A stretch of DNA of 64,000 nucleotides, taken from an uncultured Clostridium sp. (GTDB taxonomy: Bacteria > Bacillota_I > Bacilli_A > RF39 > UBA660). How positions within the stretch are numbered: position 1 is the stretch's first letter; every line of letters begins with the position of its first letter. The translations under genes and the position numbers were made by a program. Of the stretch, positions 22,091 through 33,007 are shown one piece after another. The stretch covers positions 12,879 to 76,878 of the forward strand of contig CAMIWC010000003.1 of the NCBI GenBank assembly GCA_946402315.1, in the 5' to 3' direction. Below the pieces are notes generated by a model. The model did no database searches, was not told the origin of the DNA, and worked only from the letters and a program-made list of their open reading frames with translations.

Positions 22091-23503
22091 ATGGGAAATT
22101 TAACAACTAGTGACATGATTATAGTAATAACATTAGTTTCAATTATATTAGTATTAGTCATCGTTATTATTGTTCTAGATATTTTAAATAAAAGAAATAA
22201 AAAAGAAGATATTGAAATAGATAAAATATTTGATGAAGAAGAAAAGTTAGAAACTCCAAAAATTGAACTACCTTCTCCAAATACACCATCTAGAGTAGAA
22301 GAAATAAGATATGTTGAAGAAGATGAAGAAGAAGAAAGAACTAAAGCTAGATTAGAGCTTCAAGCTTTAAAAGAAGAATTAGAAAGACAAAAAGAAGAAA
22401 ATACTATTTCTCCTTTAGCAGAAGCTGTTGAAGAAGAGGTCTTAGAAAATATTGAACCAACACCTGTAGTAGCAAAAGAAGAACCTTCTGAACCTATTAA
22501 ATATAACTTTGATAAAATGGTTGAATCTGTTGTTTTAGATGAAACTAAACCAGAAGAGGTTATAGTAGAAGAACCTAAAAGAAGAGAATTTAAATATCAA
22601 AGAGATGATTTTGACAATGTAGAGATTCAAGAAGCTGTTACTACTCCAGAAGTAGTTGAAGAAGAACCAGTTAAGGAAGAAGTATATAATCGTTTTGTTG
22701 AAGAACCAACTATCGAAATGGAACCTATATATGAGGTGCCAGAACCACAAGAATTTGTACCACTTCCAATTGAGAATATTGATGACGCTACTATTGAAAT
22801 GGAACCTATAAATGTCGATGATCAATTAGATAAGACAGTAGAAATACAAGTAGCTGAAGATACTACAGTAGAAGAACCAGTTGTAGAAGAAGTACAACCT
22901 GTAGTTGAAGAAAAACCAATTCAAATAGAAGAAATAGCTACTACTATTACTGAAGATTTAAAAGAAGTAGAACAAGCTAATCTTAAGAGAGCTAATGAAG
23001 TACAACAAGATCTTAATGAATTATTAAATGATAATATTCATCAAGAAATTACTCATCATGAAGATTTAGAAGAAGAAAACGCTATTATATCTGTTGAAGC
23101 ATTAACTCAATTAAGTGATCAAGTATATGATGATAACGAAAATTATCAAATGAGTTATGAAGATGAAGGTAATGAACCAATCAGTATTAGAGAATTAGAG
23201 AAACTATATAATACTACTGATTTAAGAGAAGTTACTGAAATTATTAAGAATGAACCAGAAGTTGTTAAAGAAGAAGTAAAAACTCCTGAGATAGATTTTA
23301 AGAGATTAGAGGATTTACCTCCTATCTCATCAGAGATTAAGTTTAAATCCAGTCCTTTTATTTCACCAGTATTTGGTGTAACTGAGTCACCATCTACAAT
23401 GGAACTTGAACAAACTGCTAACTTAGATAAGTTGAATGATGAAATAAAGAAGACTAATGAATTCTTAAATAAACTTAGAGAACTTCAAAAAAACTTAGAC
23501 TAA
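22091..23503 (+). CDS. Hypothetical single-TM, highly acidic low-complexity protein
   Basis: N-terminal TM, Glu-rich body, C-terminal SPFISPVFG and coiled coil. Confidence 0.7.
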   Translation: MGNLTTSDMIIVITLVSIILVLVIVIIVLDILNKRNKKEDIEIDKIFDEEEKLETPKIELPSPNTPSRVEEIRYVEEDEEEERTKARLELQALKEELERQKEENTISPLAEAVEEEVLENIEPTPVVAKEEPSEPIKYNFDKMVESVVLDETKPEEVIVEEPKRREFKYQRDDFDNVEIQEAVTTPEVVEEEPVKEEVYNRFVEEPTIEMEPIYEVPEPQEFVPLPIENIDDATIEMEPINVDDQLDKTVEIQVAEDTTVEEPVVEEVQPVVEEKPIQIEEIATTITEDLKEVEQANLKRANEVQQDLNELLNDNIHQEITHHEDLEEENAIISVEALTQLSDQVYDDNENYQMSYEDEGNEPISIRELEKLYNTTDLREVTEIIKNEPEVVKEEVKTPEIDFKRLEDLPPISSEIKFKSSPFISPVFGVTESPSTMELEQTANLDKLNDEIKKTNEFLNKLRELQKNLD

Positions 23504-23554
23504 TAATGATAAAAGATGCTATAATAAAGTAGCATTTTTTTGTGGAGGAATATT

Positions 23555-24826
23555 ATGAAAGTAGGAATATATACTTTAGGTTGCAAAGTAAATACTTATG
23601 AATCTGAATATGTAACAAAATTATTAGAAGATGCTAACTACGAAATATGTTCATTTGATGACGTGTGTGACATCTATATAATTAATACTTGTACTGTAAC
23701 TAATAGTAGTGATAGTAAGAGTCGTAAGATAATTAGACAAGCTAGAAGAAGAAATAAAGATGCTTGTGTTATTGCGATGGGATGCTTTATTCAAAAAGAA
23801 AAAGAAATAATGCCTGAAGTAGATATTGCTATTGGTAATAAAGATAAAAGTAAGATTATCGATTTAATAGAAGAATATTTCTCTAATAATAATAAGATTA
23901 ATGTTGTATCAAAAGACTTAAATACTTTTGAAGATATGTACCTTGATAAATATTTATCTCGTACTCGTGCATTTGTAAAAATACAAGATGGATGTGAGAA
24001 CTTCTGTAGTTATTGTATTATTCCATTTGTTAGAGGTAAATGTCGCAGTAAAGATTTTGATACTGCTATAAAAGAAATAACTGAATTAGTACATAATGGT
24101 TATAAAGAGATAGTTTTAACCGGAATACATACTGGTAACTATGGTGTAGATATAGATAAATCTTTTGCTGATTTATTAAAAGAATTAGTAAAAATTAAAG
24201 GACTTGAAAGACTTAGAATTTCATCAATTGAAGCAACTGAACTTAATGAAGATGTACTTGATGTAATTAGATCTAGTAAGGTAATTGTAGATCACTTTCA
24301 TATACCTATTCAGGCAGCATCAGATCATGTTTTAAAATTAATGAATAGAAAGTATGATTTAAAGTACTTTATCAATAAAATAGATGAAATTAGAAGCATT
24401 AGACCAGATGTATCTATTACTACTGATATTATTACAGGGCATCCAGGAGAAACAGATGAAGACTTTAATTCGTCTATAGATGTATTAAAAAGAATTAACT
24501 TTTCAAAATTACATGTATTTCCATATTCTATGAGATATGGTACACGTGCAGCAGGAATGGAACAAGTAAAAGATTCTATTAAAGATGAAAGAACTCATAG
24601 ACTACTTAAATTATCTAAAGAATTAGAAATAGATTACATGCATAAATTTATTAATAAAGAATTAGATGTTCTAGTAGAAAGATCTAAGAATGGTATTTCG
24701 ACTGGTCATACATCTAATTACTTACAAGTTAAAATAAATGAAGAAATACCATCAGGAGAAATAGTACCAATTCTAATAGAAAAAGAAGAATACCCATTTT
24801 TGATTGGAAAAGTTAAGAAAAACTAG
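23555..24826 (+). CDS. mtaB: tRNA methylthiotransferase MtaB
   Basis: TLGCKVNTYES, NTCTVT, KIQDGCENFCSYC, LHVFPYS, C-terminal TRAM domain. Confidence 0.93.
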   Translation: MKVGIYTLGCKVNTYESEYVTKLLEDANYEICSFDDVCDIYIINTCTVTNSSDSKSRKIIRQARRRNKDACVIAMGCFIQKEKEIMPEVDIAIGNKDKSKIIDLIEEYFSNNNKINVVSKDLNTFEDMYLDKYLSRTRAFVKIQDGCENFCSYCIIPFVRGKCRSKDFDTAIKEITELVHNGYKEIVLTGIHTGNYGVDIDKSFADLLKELVKIKGLERLRISSIEATELNEDVLDVIRSSKVIVDHFHIPIQAASDHVLKLMNRKYDLKYFINKIDEIRSIRPDVSITTDIITGHPGETDEDFNSSIDVLKRINFSKLHVFPYSMRYGTRAAGMEQVKDSIKDERTHRLLKLSKELEIDYMHKFINKELDVLVERSKNGISTGHTSNYLQVKINEEIPSGEIVPILIEKEEYPFLIGKVKKN

Positions 24827-24891
24827 TCAAAATCTTGAAAAAGATACCTAAATCAATTTATAATAAAAGTATAGATTTAGGAGGTGTAGGT

Positions 24892-25488
24892 ATGAATCTT
24901 ACAGTAGCAATAATTGTACTATTAGTTTGTACATTATTAATTGACTTTTTTACATATAAGAAAGATATAGATAAGAAACTAGACACTAAAACGGTTAACT
25001 ATTTAAATCGTAGTTTTATTAGTGATGCAGTTACTTATCTTTTATTTACTTTAACTTTTTCTCTTATGTATAAACATTTCTTAGTTGGTAATGAATATTT
25101 TATTTGTAATAATAATTGCCATATAGAAGTATTAAATACTTTCTTTGGAGTTCTATTTATAATATTCCAAATACTAAATATTTATAACTTCTATGATAGT
25201 TATGTACATACATATATTATTTATACAGCATACCAAGATATTTTTAGTAGAATTCTAATAGTTATAGGATGTATTGTAGTAGTACTATTTAATGAATTCT
25301 TACTATCAAATATTAATTTAAATATTATATTCTTTAAAGCAGGATTCTTTACTTTCTTACTTAATCTAATCAAATATTCTTTATATATTTTCTTACCTTT
25401 AGTAATTATTAAAAGAGAAGTAGGAAGATATCTACGCGAAAGAAGATTAGAAGAAATAGAAGAAGATGAATTTATTCAAGAACTATAA
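24892..25488 (+). CDS. Hypothetical multi-pass membrane protein
   Basis: GGAGGT RBS before ATG 24892; several hydrophobic helices. Confidence 0.65.
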   Translation: MNLTVAIIVLLVCTLLIDFFTYKKDIDKKLDTKTVNYLNRSFISDAVTYLLFTLTFSLMYKHFLVGNEYFICNNNCHIEVLNTFFGVLFIIFQILNIYNFYDSYVHTYIIYTAYQDIFSRILIVIGCIVVVLFNEFLLSNINLNIIFFKAGFFTFLLNLIKYSLYIFLPLVIIKREVGRYLRERRLEEIEEDEFIQEL

Positions 25489-26131
25489 TATGAAATATGA
25501 AATAGATAATGTTATATATAGTGTTGAAATAATTAGAAAGATTAGAAACAAAAGAACTTATATTAGAATTAAAGATAATAATGTTATATATGTAACCACT
25601 AATACATTTGTAACTAATTTTCAAATAAAAAAACTTTTAAAAGATTATGAACAATCTATTAGAAGAATGATTAAAGCTAAGGAAAAAGAAAATATTTGGA
25701 ATAATGAGTTCTTTTATTTAGGTAAAAAATATAATGTAATTAAAACTAATACTAAGGATATATCTTTTTCTGATAATAATGTTTATATAGGAAATATTAA
25801 TATTGATTCTTTCTATAAAAAAGAAGCAAAAAAGATTTTTGAAGAAAGATTAGATTATTGGTATAAGTCTTTTACAAGAAAGATACCTAAACCAACACTT
25901 ACTATTAGAAAGATGACTACTAGATGGGGAGTATGTAATACTAAAGACAAAAAGATTACTCTTAATCTGGAATTAATTAAACATAATACTGATTGTTTAG
26001 ATTATGTCATAGTCCATGAATTATCTCATTTAATATATGCAGATCATTCTAAGAATTTTTGGAACTTAGTAGAAGAGAATTATTCTAATTATAAAAATAT
26101 AAGAAAAAAGATGAAGAATCATGAAGAATAG
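25466..26131 (+). CDS. YgjP/DUF45 (SprT-like) zinc metallopeptidase
   Basis: MTTRWGVCN, DYVIVHELSHL, HSKNFW. Confidence 0.88.
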   Translation: MNLFKNYNMKYEIDNVIYSVEIIRKIRNKRTYIRIKDNNVIYVTTNTFVTNFQIKKLLKDYEQSIRRMIKAKEKENIWNNEFFYLGKKYNVIKTNTKDISFSDNNVYIGNINIDSFYKKEAKKIFEERLDYWYKSFTRKIPKPTLTIRKMTTRWGVCNTKDKKITLNLELIKHNTDCLDYVIVHELSHLIYADHSKNFWNLVEENYSNYKNIRKKMKNHEE

Positions 26132-26140
26132 AGGGATTAT

Positions 26141-26878
26141 ATGGTTATAACTAGTGTTATGAATAATAAAATAGTTGAATATGAAAAACTAAAACAACCT
26201 AAATATCGTAAAAGAGAACACTTGTTTATTGTTGAAGGAGAACATTTAGTAGAAGAAGCTTATAAGAATAATAGAATAAAAGAAGTATTTGTTTTAGAAG
26301 ACTATAAAATAAACATAGATGTACCATATACAATTGTCAACGAAAATGTTATGGCTAAATTATCTAGTTTAGATACAGTTAGTGGTATTCTAGCTATATG
26401 TACTTATAATGATAATAATACTATTAAAGGAAATAGAATACTTATGTTAGATTGTGTTCAAGATCCAGGAAATTTAGGTACTATTATTAGAAGTAGTTTA
26501 GCTTTTAATATTGATACAATCGTATTATCTAATGATTCAGTTGACTTATATAATCCAAAAGTAATTAGATCAACTCAAGGAATGTTATTTGGTATTAATA
26601 TAGTTTATACTGATTTAGATAAATGTATCCTTGATTTAAAAAATAAAAACTATATAATATATGGCACAGATGTAAATGACGGAATTGATGCTAGAAAATT
26701 AGATAAAGCTGCTAAAGAAAAGTTCGTTCTTGTAATGGGAAACGAAGGAAGAGGACTTAGTTCTAATGTAAAAGACTTATGTGATAAGTTTTTATATATA
26801 AACATGAACTCTAAAGTAGAAAGTCTTAATGTTGCAGTAGCGACTTCAATTCTTATTTATGAATTAGATAATAGGTGA
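26141..26878 (+). CDS. TrmH-family RNA methyltransferase
   Basis: VQDPGNLGTIIRS, VMGNEGRGL, ESLNVAVA. Confidence 0.93.
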   Translation: MVITSVMNNKIVEYEKLKQPKYRKREHLFIVEGEHLVEEAYKNNRIKEVFVLEDYKINIDVPYTIVNENVMAKLSSLDTVSGILAICTYNDNNTIKGNRILMLDCVQDPGNLGTIIRSSLAFNIDTIVLSNDSVDLYNPKVIRSTQGMLFGINIVYTDLDKCILDLKNKNYIIYGTDVNDGIDARKLDKAAKEKFVLVMGNEGRGLSSNVKDLCDKFLYINMNSKVESLNVAVATSILIYELDNR

Positions 26879-26882
26879 TTCT

Positions 26883-27377
26883 ATGGAATATATTTATATA
26901 GGTAAAATAGTTAATACTCATGGTATTAAAGGTGAACTTAGAATAATTAGTGATTTTAAATTTAAAGATAAAGTATTTGTACCAAATTTTTACTTTTATA
27001 TTGGAAATAATAAAGTAAAAGAAAAAGTAATATCATATCGTCATCACAAAATATATGAAATGGTTATGTTTGATGGGTATAATGATATTAATCAAGTACT
27101 TAAATACTTAAATGAAGAAGTATATATATTAAAAGATGATTTAAAACTTGATAGTACTGAATACTTAGATTCTGATTTAATAGGTATGAAAATACTAGAA
27201 GATGATCAAGTAATTGGTATAGTTACTGATATAACATATGCTTCAAAAACTAATAAATTAATAGAAGCAAATATAAATAATAAAAAAGCATATATTCCGT
27301 TTAATGAAGAGTTTATCCTTGATATTAATTTACAAGATAGAGTAATTAAAGTAAAATTAATAGAGGGGATGATATAA
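26883..27377 (+). CDS. rimM: Ribosome maturation factor RimM
   Basis: IGKIVNTHGIKGELRI; adjacent to trmD. Confidence 0.95.
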   Translation: MEYIYIGKIVNTHGIKGELRIISDFKFKDKVFVPNFYFYIGNNKVKEKVISYRHHKIYEMVMFDGYNDINQVLKYLNEEVYILKDDLKLDSTEYLDSDLIGMKILEDDQVIGIVTDITYASKTNKLIEANINNKKAYIPFNEEFILDINLQDRVIKVKLIEGMI

Positions 27378-28048
27378 TGCGTATTGATATATTGACATTG
27401 TTCCCTCATATGTTTGATGGAATACTAAATGAATCTATTATAAAAAGAGCTATAGAAAAAGATATAGTTAAAATAAATATAATTAATTTTAGAGATTTTT
27501 CTAAATTAAATAATAGTCAAGTAGATGATACTCCATATGGTGGAGGAGCTGGAATGGTTCTTATGTGTGAACCAATAGTAGATGCAATTGAATCAGTCAA
27601 AACAGATGATTCAGTAGTAATACTTCTTACTCCACAAGGTAAAACTTATAATCAAAAAATGGCTTATGACTTTAGAAATAAGAAACATCTAATTCTAATT
27701 TGTGGTCATTATGAAGGTTTTGATGAAAGAATTAGATCATTTGTAGATTTAGAATTAAGTGTAGGTGATTATATTCTTACAGGTGGAGAAATACCAGCTA
27801 TGACAGTAGTTGATTCAGTAGTAAGATTATTAGATGGTACGATAAATGAAGAGTCATACTTAGATGATTCATTTACTAATAATTTGTTAGATTATCCTAC
27901 ATATACTAAACCAGCTGATTTTAGAGGTATGAAAGTACCTGAAGTACTTTTATCAGGAGATCATAAAAAAATAGCTGAATATCGAAAAGAAGAAGCTATT
28001 AAAAGAACAAAAGAAAGAAGACCAGAATTATTAAAGGAAGGTGAATAA
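27377..28048 (+). CDS. trmD: tRNA (guanine37-N1)-methyltransferase
   Basis: DDTPYGGGAGM, CGHYEGFDER, SVGDYILTGGE, VPEVLLSGDH. Confidence 0.98.
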   Translation: MRIDILTLFPHMFDGILNESIIKRAIEKDIVKINIINFRDFSKLNNSQVDDTPYGGGAGMVLMCEPIVDAIESVKTDDSVVILLTPQGKTYNQKMAYDFRNKKHLILICGHYEGFDERIRSFVDLELSVGDYILTGGEIPAMTVVDSVVRLLDGTINEESYLDDSFTNNLLDYPTYTKPADFRGMKVPEVLLSGDHKKIAEYRKEEAIKRTKERRPELLKEGE

Positions 28049-28049
28049 A

Positions 28050-28526
28050 ATGCCAATTAAACAAAGATTTCTAGTTGTTAAAGATAAGGATTCAAAAACA
28101 ATTACTTATATGGATTATGATAAGACAGCTGGTTATCAAGTTAATCCTAAAAATAATATTAAGTTTAGAGATGCGATTAACGTAAAAAGTATGGTACTTA
28201 TTAATCCAACTTTAATAGAAAAAATGGTAGATATAAAAGCTAGAAAAAGATTTAATCACTTAATTAATTTATTATCTATTATTTATGAAGATGAATCAGG
28301 TGGTTCTGAAGGATTAATGCTTGCGAAAAATGAAGCAGAAAAATTCCGTATGGAAATAATAAATAAATATAAGAAATATTTAAGTGCTGAAAAATTAGAA
28401 TTATATGAAAATAAATTAGCTATTTTAGAAGATGAATTAAATTTAAGACTTGAATATTTAAGAAATGATATGAATCAAGATCTTAGTCTAGATAGTGAAG
28501 AAAAAGTGTCAAATAGAAGTAGATAA
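28050..28526 (+). CDS. Hypothetical protein
   Basis: ORF overlapping the trmD stop; no recognisable motif. Confidence 0.6.
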   Translation: MPIKQRFLVVKDKDSKTITYMDYDKTAGYQVNPKNNIKFRDAINVKSMVLINPTLIEKMVDIKARKRFNHLINLLSIIYEDESGGSEGLMLAKNEAEKFRMEIINKYKKYLSAEKLELYENKLAILEDELNLRLEYLRNDMNQDLSLDSEEKVSNRSR

Positions 28527-28580
28527 TACTTCTTTTTTTTGTATTCTATTATATACTTATTATAGTAGGAAGTGATATAT

Positions 28581-30449
28581 ATGGCAAAGTATAGACAATA
28601 TGGTGCTTATGAAGAAAGTAAAGCAACAAGACTTGAAGAAGAATTAGAAAAAGATGTAAATCGTATACAACATGAAATTTGGGATATTGATAGAAGAAGA
28701 AAAGCATATGGGAAGCCTGATTTAGATGCTTCTAGATTATTTCATCTTCAAGAAGAATTATTAGAAAAAACATTTTCTAGAATGGCCGAAAGCAGTAAAG
28801 CTAGAGTTGCAAATTTGAATCAAAATAAAACACTTTTTAATGGTTCTGAAAGAAGAAAAACAATAAATAGAATTACTGAATGTCAAAATGCAGCAGAAGC
28901 TGTTAGAACAGTTAGATCTAACTCTTTAGTTGAAGGTGATATAGATTATACTTCATTAATGAGAGATTCTAGACCAGTATTTGAATTAGAAGGATTTGTA
29001 GGTGCCTTAAAACAAAATCAAGCATTTAAAGATGATCCTGATATTCAAGCAGCAATTAGAGCAGCTGAACAATTAACAAGTGCTCATAGTACAGTACTTA
29101 ATACAAAAGAAACAAGCTTAGTTAACCAAGTAAAAGAAGCATTTGCAGTTATTGAAGCAGCACCTAAAGATACTACTCTTACTCAAGTAGTTCATGAATA
29201 TCATGAAGAAGTAAAGAAAGTTATTAATAAGAATGGTGTTCATGCACTAGAAAATAGTCAATCTAAATATTCTGATATGGCTGAAGGTAGAAAAAAACAT
29301 GATGGATTACATGCAGAAGAAAGTTTAAAAAGAGATATTGAATTTGCTTTTTCACAAGGGAATATGGACTTAGCTACTAGATTACAAAGTGGTACTAGAC
29401 TTGTATCTAAACAAGCGATATTAGATCAATTACATGAAATGGTTACAAGAGTATCAGATTTATTACCTGAAAAAGAAAGATATGGTAAAGAAGAATATGA
29501 TTTTACTCCTGTTCATGATAAGACTAAAGCTGCTTTAACTACATTAACTGAAGTAAGAGAAAAAATGCAAGCTACTATGGATCAAGTAGGTTATACTGAA
29601 GCTCATCAACAATTAGAAGCTGCAAGAACAAGATATAGTCAAGTTATGACATTAAGTCGATTATATGAAAGATTAGGACCAAATGTTGCTGGTTCAGTTA
29701 GAAAAGATATAGAAAATGATATAGATAATTATTTAAGCGGTTTAGGATTATCTGGTCCTGAACTAGATGTTATAAAAATGGAAGCACAAAATGTTGCAGA
29801 TGCTAAGAGAAATGCTGAAATGGCAGAAGCAGCTTCTAAAGCCGATGCTGCTCGTGTAAGAGAAGATAGACAAATAGCTCAAGCTAATCTTACAGGATTA
29901 TCAGAAGCAGATTTAGATGAAATAGCTAGAGATGTAACACGTTATGCTAATTCACAATTTACTGATGAAAGAGAAAGGAACGAATATATAAGACAAGAAA
30001 TAGCTAGGCGTGCTGAACATAAAGCTGGACTATTGTTTGATGAAGGTAGAAGAGAAATTGCTTCTCAAGAAGCAATAATTAGAGCTAATACAGAAAAACA
30101 ACAAGAACATCAATTTACAGATGATCAATTACAATTTGCTGCTGATAGATTGGTAGCTGATGGAATGATATCATCATTTGATCTTAGAGATTTATCTCAA
30201 GAAGAAATGGGAACTGTTATTGACTATGCTATTAAGTTAAAAGGTCTTGCTGGAAAATCTGATCAAGAGATAGCTGAAGCTATGGTAACAGATCCGTACG
30301 TTTCAAATGGAAGAATTGTATATAGAGAAGTAAATGCTGGTACAATTATGGCACAAAAACAAGTTAATGATATGCATGGATTACATGGCGATACTCTAGA
30401 AGCAGTATATGGACCATCTAAAGAAGAAACTCGCTCTTCTTCAAAATAA
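28581..30449 (+). CDS. Hypothetical large helical/coiled-coil protein
   Basis: 625-codon ORF, Ala/Glu/Gln-rich, no signal peptide or motif recognised. Confidence 0.7.
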   Translation: MAKYRQYGAYEESKATRLEEELEKDVNRIQHEIWDIDRRRKAYGKPDLDASRLFHLQEELLEKTFSRMAESSKARVANLNQNKTLFNGSERRKTINRITECQNAAEAVRTVRSNSLVEGDIDYTSLMRDSRPVFELEGFVGALKQNQAFKDDPDIQAAIRAAEQLTSAHSTVLNTKETSLVNQVKEAFAVIEAAPKDTTLTQVVHEYHEEVKKVINKNGVHALENSQSKYSDMAEGRKKHDGLHAEESLKRDIEFAFSQGNMDLATRLQSGTRLVSKQAILDQLHEMVTRVSDLLPEKERYGKEEYDFTPVHDKTKAALTTLTEVREKMQATMDQVGYTEAHQQLEAARTRYSQVMTLSRLYERLGPNVAGSVRKDIENDIDNYLSGLGLSGPELDVIKMEAQNVADAKRNAEMAEAASKADAARVREDRQIAQANLTGLSEADLDEIARDVTRYANSQFTDERERNEYIRQEIARRAEHKAGLLFDEGRREIASQEAIIRANTEKQQEHQFTDDQLQFAADRLVADGMISSFDLRDLSQEEMGTVIDYAIKLKGLAGKSDQEIAEAMVTDPYVSNGRIVYREVNAGTIMAQKQVNDMHGLHGDTLEAVYGPSKEETRSSSK

Positions 30450-30495
30450 TAAATTTTAGTTGAAATATAATATGTTTTATGTTAAAATTACTTCT

Positions 30496-30527
30496 AGTGA
30501 TCCGCTGGACTTGTATTTATGATCACT
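30496..30527 (+). promoter_or_regulatory. L19 (rplS) leader RNA
   Basis: AGTGATC-CGCTGGAC...AT-GATCACT: closing stem with the internal CCGCUG typical of Firmicutes L19 leaders, immediately 5' of the rplS RBS. Confidence 0.7.
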
Positions 30528-30552
30528 TTTAAATAAGGAAGGAGAGAAAACT

Positions 30553-30900
30553 ATGGCAAACGTAATTGATAAGATTACTGAAAAACAACTTAATCCTAAC
30601 GTTCCTGAATTTAGAGTTGGAGATACTGTTAAAGTAGATGTTAAGATTATCGAAGGAAAAAGAGAAAGAATCCAAGCATTTGAAGGTATTGTTACTTCAA
30701 GAAAAGGATCTGGAATCAGTGAAACATTCACTGTAAGAAAAGTATCATATGGTGTAGGAGTAGAAAGAATATTCCCAGTTCATTCACCTAAGGTTGCTAA
30801 TATTACAGTAATTAAGAAAGGTAAAGTTAGAAGAGCTAAACTAAATTTCTTAAGAAATGTTGTTGGTCAATACAGAATTAAAGAAAGAGGACAAAAATAA
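30553..30900 (+). CDS. rplS: 50S ribosomal protein L19
   Basis: [35 protein letters not shown]. Confidence 0.99.
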   Translation: MANVIDKITEKQLNPNVPEFRVGDTVKVDVKIIEGKRERIQAFEGIVTSRKGSGISETFTVRKVSYGVGVERIFPVHSPKVANITVIKKGKVRRAKLNFLRNVVGQYRIKERGQK

Positions 30901-30932
30901 GGCAACATAGCCTTATTTTTTGATTTAAAAGT

Positions 30933-31442
30933 ATGAAGTATATTAAAGAATATATCCCATATTTTATAATAATTATAGTTGTACTTTTAATTAAACAATT
31001 CGTTATTACTCCAGTTGTTGTAAGTGGAGATTCAATGCATTCAACATTACATGATAAAGATATAATGATATTAAACAGATTATATAAACCTAAAGATATT
31101 AAAAGATATGATATTATTGTTATAAGATATAAGAATAAAAATATAATTAAAAGAGTAATTGGTCTTCCGGGAGATATGGTTGAATGTGTAGATAATACCC
31201 TATATATAAATGGAAAAGCTATTAAAGAGGATTATCTCGATCCAGGAACAGTAACAGAAGACTTTTCTCTACAAGATTTATTTGATGTAGATGTTGTACC
31301 AGAAAATTCTTACTTTGTTTTAGGAGATAATAGAAGTGTATCCTTAGATAGTAGATCAATAGGTTTCATAGAAAGTAAAAATATTAAAGGTAAAGCTACT
31401 CTTACTATCTTTCCATTTGACAGAATTGGACTAAAAAAATAG
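30933..31442 (+). CDS. lepB: Signal peptidase I
   Basis: VSGDSMHSTL (Ser), IIKRVIGLPGD (Lys), GDNRSVSLDSR. Confidence 0.95.
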   Translation: MKYIKEYIPYFIIIIVVLLIKQFVITPVVVSGDSMHSTLHDKDIMILNRLYKPKDIKRYDIIVIRYKNKNIIKRVIGLPGDMVECVDNTLYINGKAIKEDYLDPGTVTEDFSLQDLFDVDVVPENSYFVLGDNRSVSLDSRSIGFIESKNIKGKATLTIFPFDRIGLKK

Positions 31443-31522
31443 ATGTAAATTTTACATCTTTTTTTATTGTATTCCTTGAATATAAATCTATAAAAAAGTA
31501 GAATTATACTAGAGGTGTATGT

Positions 31523-32923
31523 ATGAAAAAATTAAAATATTTATTTTTATTTCTAATGCTAATACCAATCAATGTATTTGCATTAGATAAAGAAGAAGTA
31601 AAAACAATGCTAGGAAATACAACAACTAGTACTTGTGAAGATTCAGAAGAAATAATAATTGCTGAGCCAGTAGTAGGAGAAACTCCTGCATCAACAGTAA
31701 AGTATATTTATAAAATTGGAGAACAAACAATAGAGAAAGAATATGACATTGTTTGGTATGAACATGAACATTCTCTTTATGAAATATTTTATATTTTAAA
31801 AGATTCTCCAGAAGGTACTTTAATGACAAGTGATAAATTTGAAAAAGATAAGTACTATGAATGGGACTTTACTGATGAAAGTTATGATCAATATGAAGAT
31901 GATTTAGATGCTTTACCAGAATCAAGTTGTGAAAAATATGAGCATTACTACAATGGTAATTCTATGATCCTAAAAACTCAAGATATCTTATTTAGAGCAA
32001 CAAAAGCTATTGAAAAGAATAATAAAGTAGAATTAACTGAAGCTTATTTAGTATTTGATTCTGATCCTAATTATTTGCTTGATAAAGAATTAATGCCTGA
32101 AACAAATGGATTAAAAATTAATATTGATTTTAGTTTTGTAAAAGTAAATGATATATCATTTTATCAAGTTAGATTAGTTAATGGTACTAATGAAGAATTA
32201 GAAATTGGTACTACAACACCAAAAACAAGTGATTATATTCAATATTTATATACGTTTGGTGATGATTCTAATATTGTAAAACCATATTCTAGTAAAGTAA
32301 TTTATATAATAGCTCAATATAAAAATGAAGTACCTGCAGATTTATTAGATGAAGGATATACTGAATCTAATGAAGTAGAATTAACTTTAGGAAGTGAAGC
32401 TACTCCAAATGCAGATAATCCTAAAACTGGTATTTCTACTGCAATTATCGTAATAGGTTTAACTGCTGCTGTAGTAATTGGAATTATAAGAATTGGAATT
32501 AAAAAGAAAGTTAAATACTTAGTATTAGTTCTTGGGTCATTATTTGTATTTGTTCCATTTACTGCTAATGCTTTAAAACAAGTTACTTTAACTATTGAAT
32601 CTAAAGTAGTTATTGAACAAATAAAAGAATTTAAACTTGATGATGAAATATATAGATTTGAAAAAGGAATGACATTCAAAGAATGGATGAATAGTAGTTA
32701 TAACGTAGATAATATTGAATTAGTAGATATGTTTGATTGTGACACTTATAAGGAAGAATATGTTGGTAAAAGACATTTTGAACCAATTCAAGGTGTAAGT
32801 ACTAGTGAACAAACTATCGATGTAGTTGTAATTGAAGAAAACAAAGAATATGAAACAGAACTAATTACTGCAAATACATGTTTTCCAGAAATTTCTTCTG
32901 AAGAGCATCTAGATTTAGAATAA
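31523..32923 (+). CDS. Secreted/surface protein with internal NPKTG sorting signal plus a second signal-like segment (paralog 1)
   Basis: Sec signal ending VFA; NPKTG at 32417 then TM, KKK, a second hydrophobic stretch ending TANA, and ~110 further residues. Confidence 0.75.
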   Translation: MKKLKYLFLFLMLIPINVFALDKEEVKTMLGNTTTSTCEDSEEIIIAEPVVGETPASTVKYIYKIGEQTIEKEYDIVWYEHEHSLYEIFYILKDSPEGTLMTSDKFEKDKYYEWDFTDESYDQYEDDLDALPESSCEKYEHYYNGNSMILKTQDILFRATKAIEKNNKVELTEAYLVFDSDPNYLLDKELMPETNGLKINIDFSFVKVNDISFYQVRLVNGTNEELEIGTTTPKTSDYIQYLYTFGDDSNIVKPYSSKVIYIIAQYKNEVPADLLDEGYTESNEVELTLGSEATPNADNPKTGISTAIIVIGLTAAVVIGIIRIGIKKKVKYLVLVLGSLFVFVPFTANALKQVTLTIESKVVIEQIKEFKLDDEIYRFEKGMTFKEWMNSSYNVDNIELVDMFDCDTYKEEYVGKRHFEPIQGVSTSEQTIDVVVIEENKEYETELITANTCFPEISSEEHLDLE

Positions 32924-33007
32924 CAAAGAGATGTAAAGATTTACATCTTTTTTTTGAACCTTGAAGATTAGTTTTAAAAAATGTACAATTATAATAGAGG
33001 TGTATGT

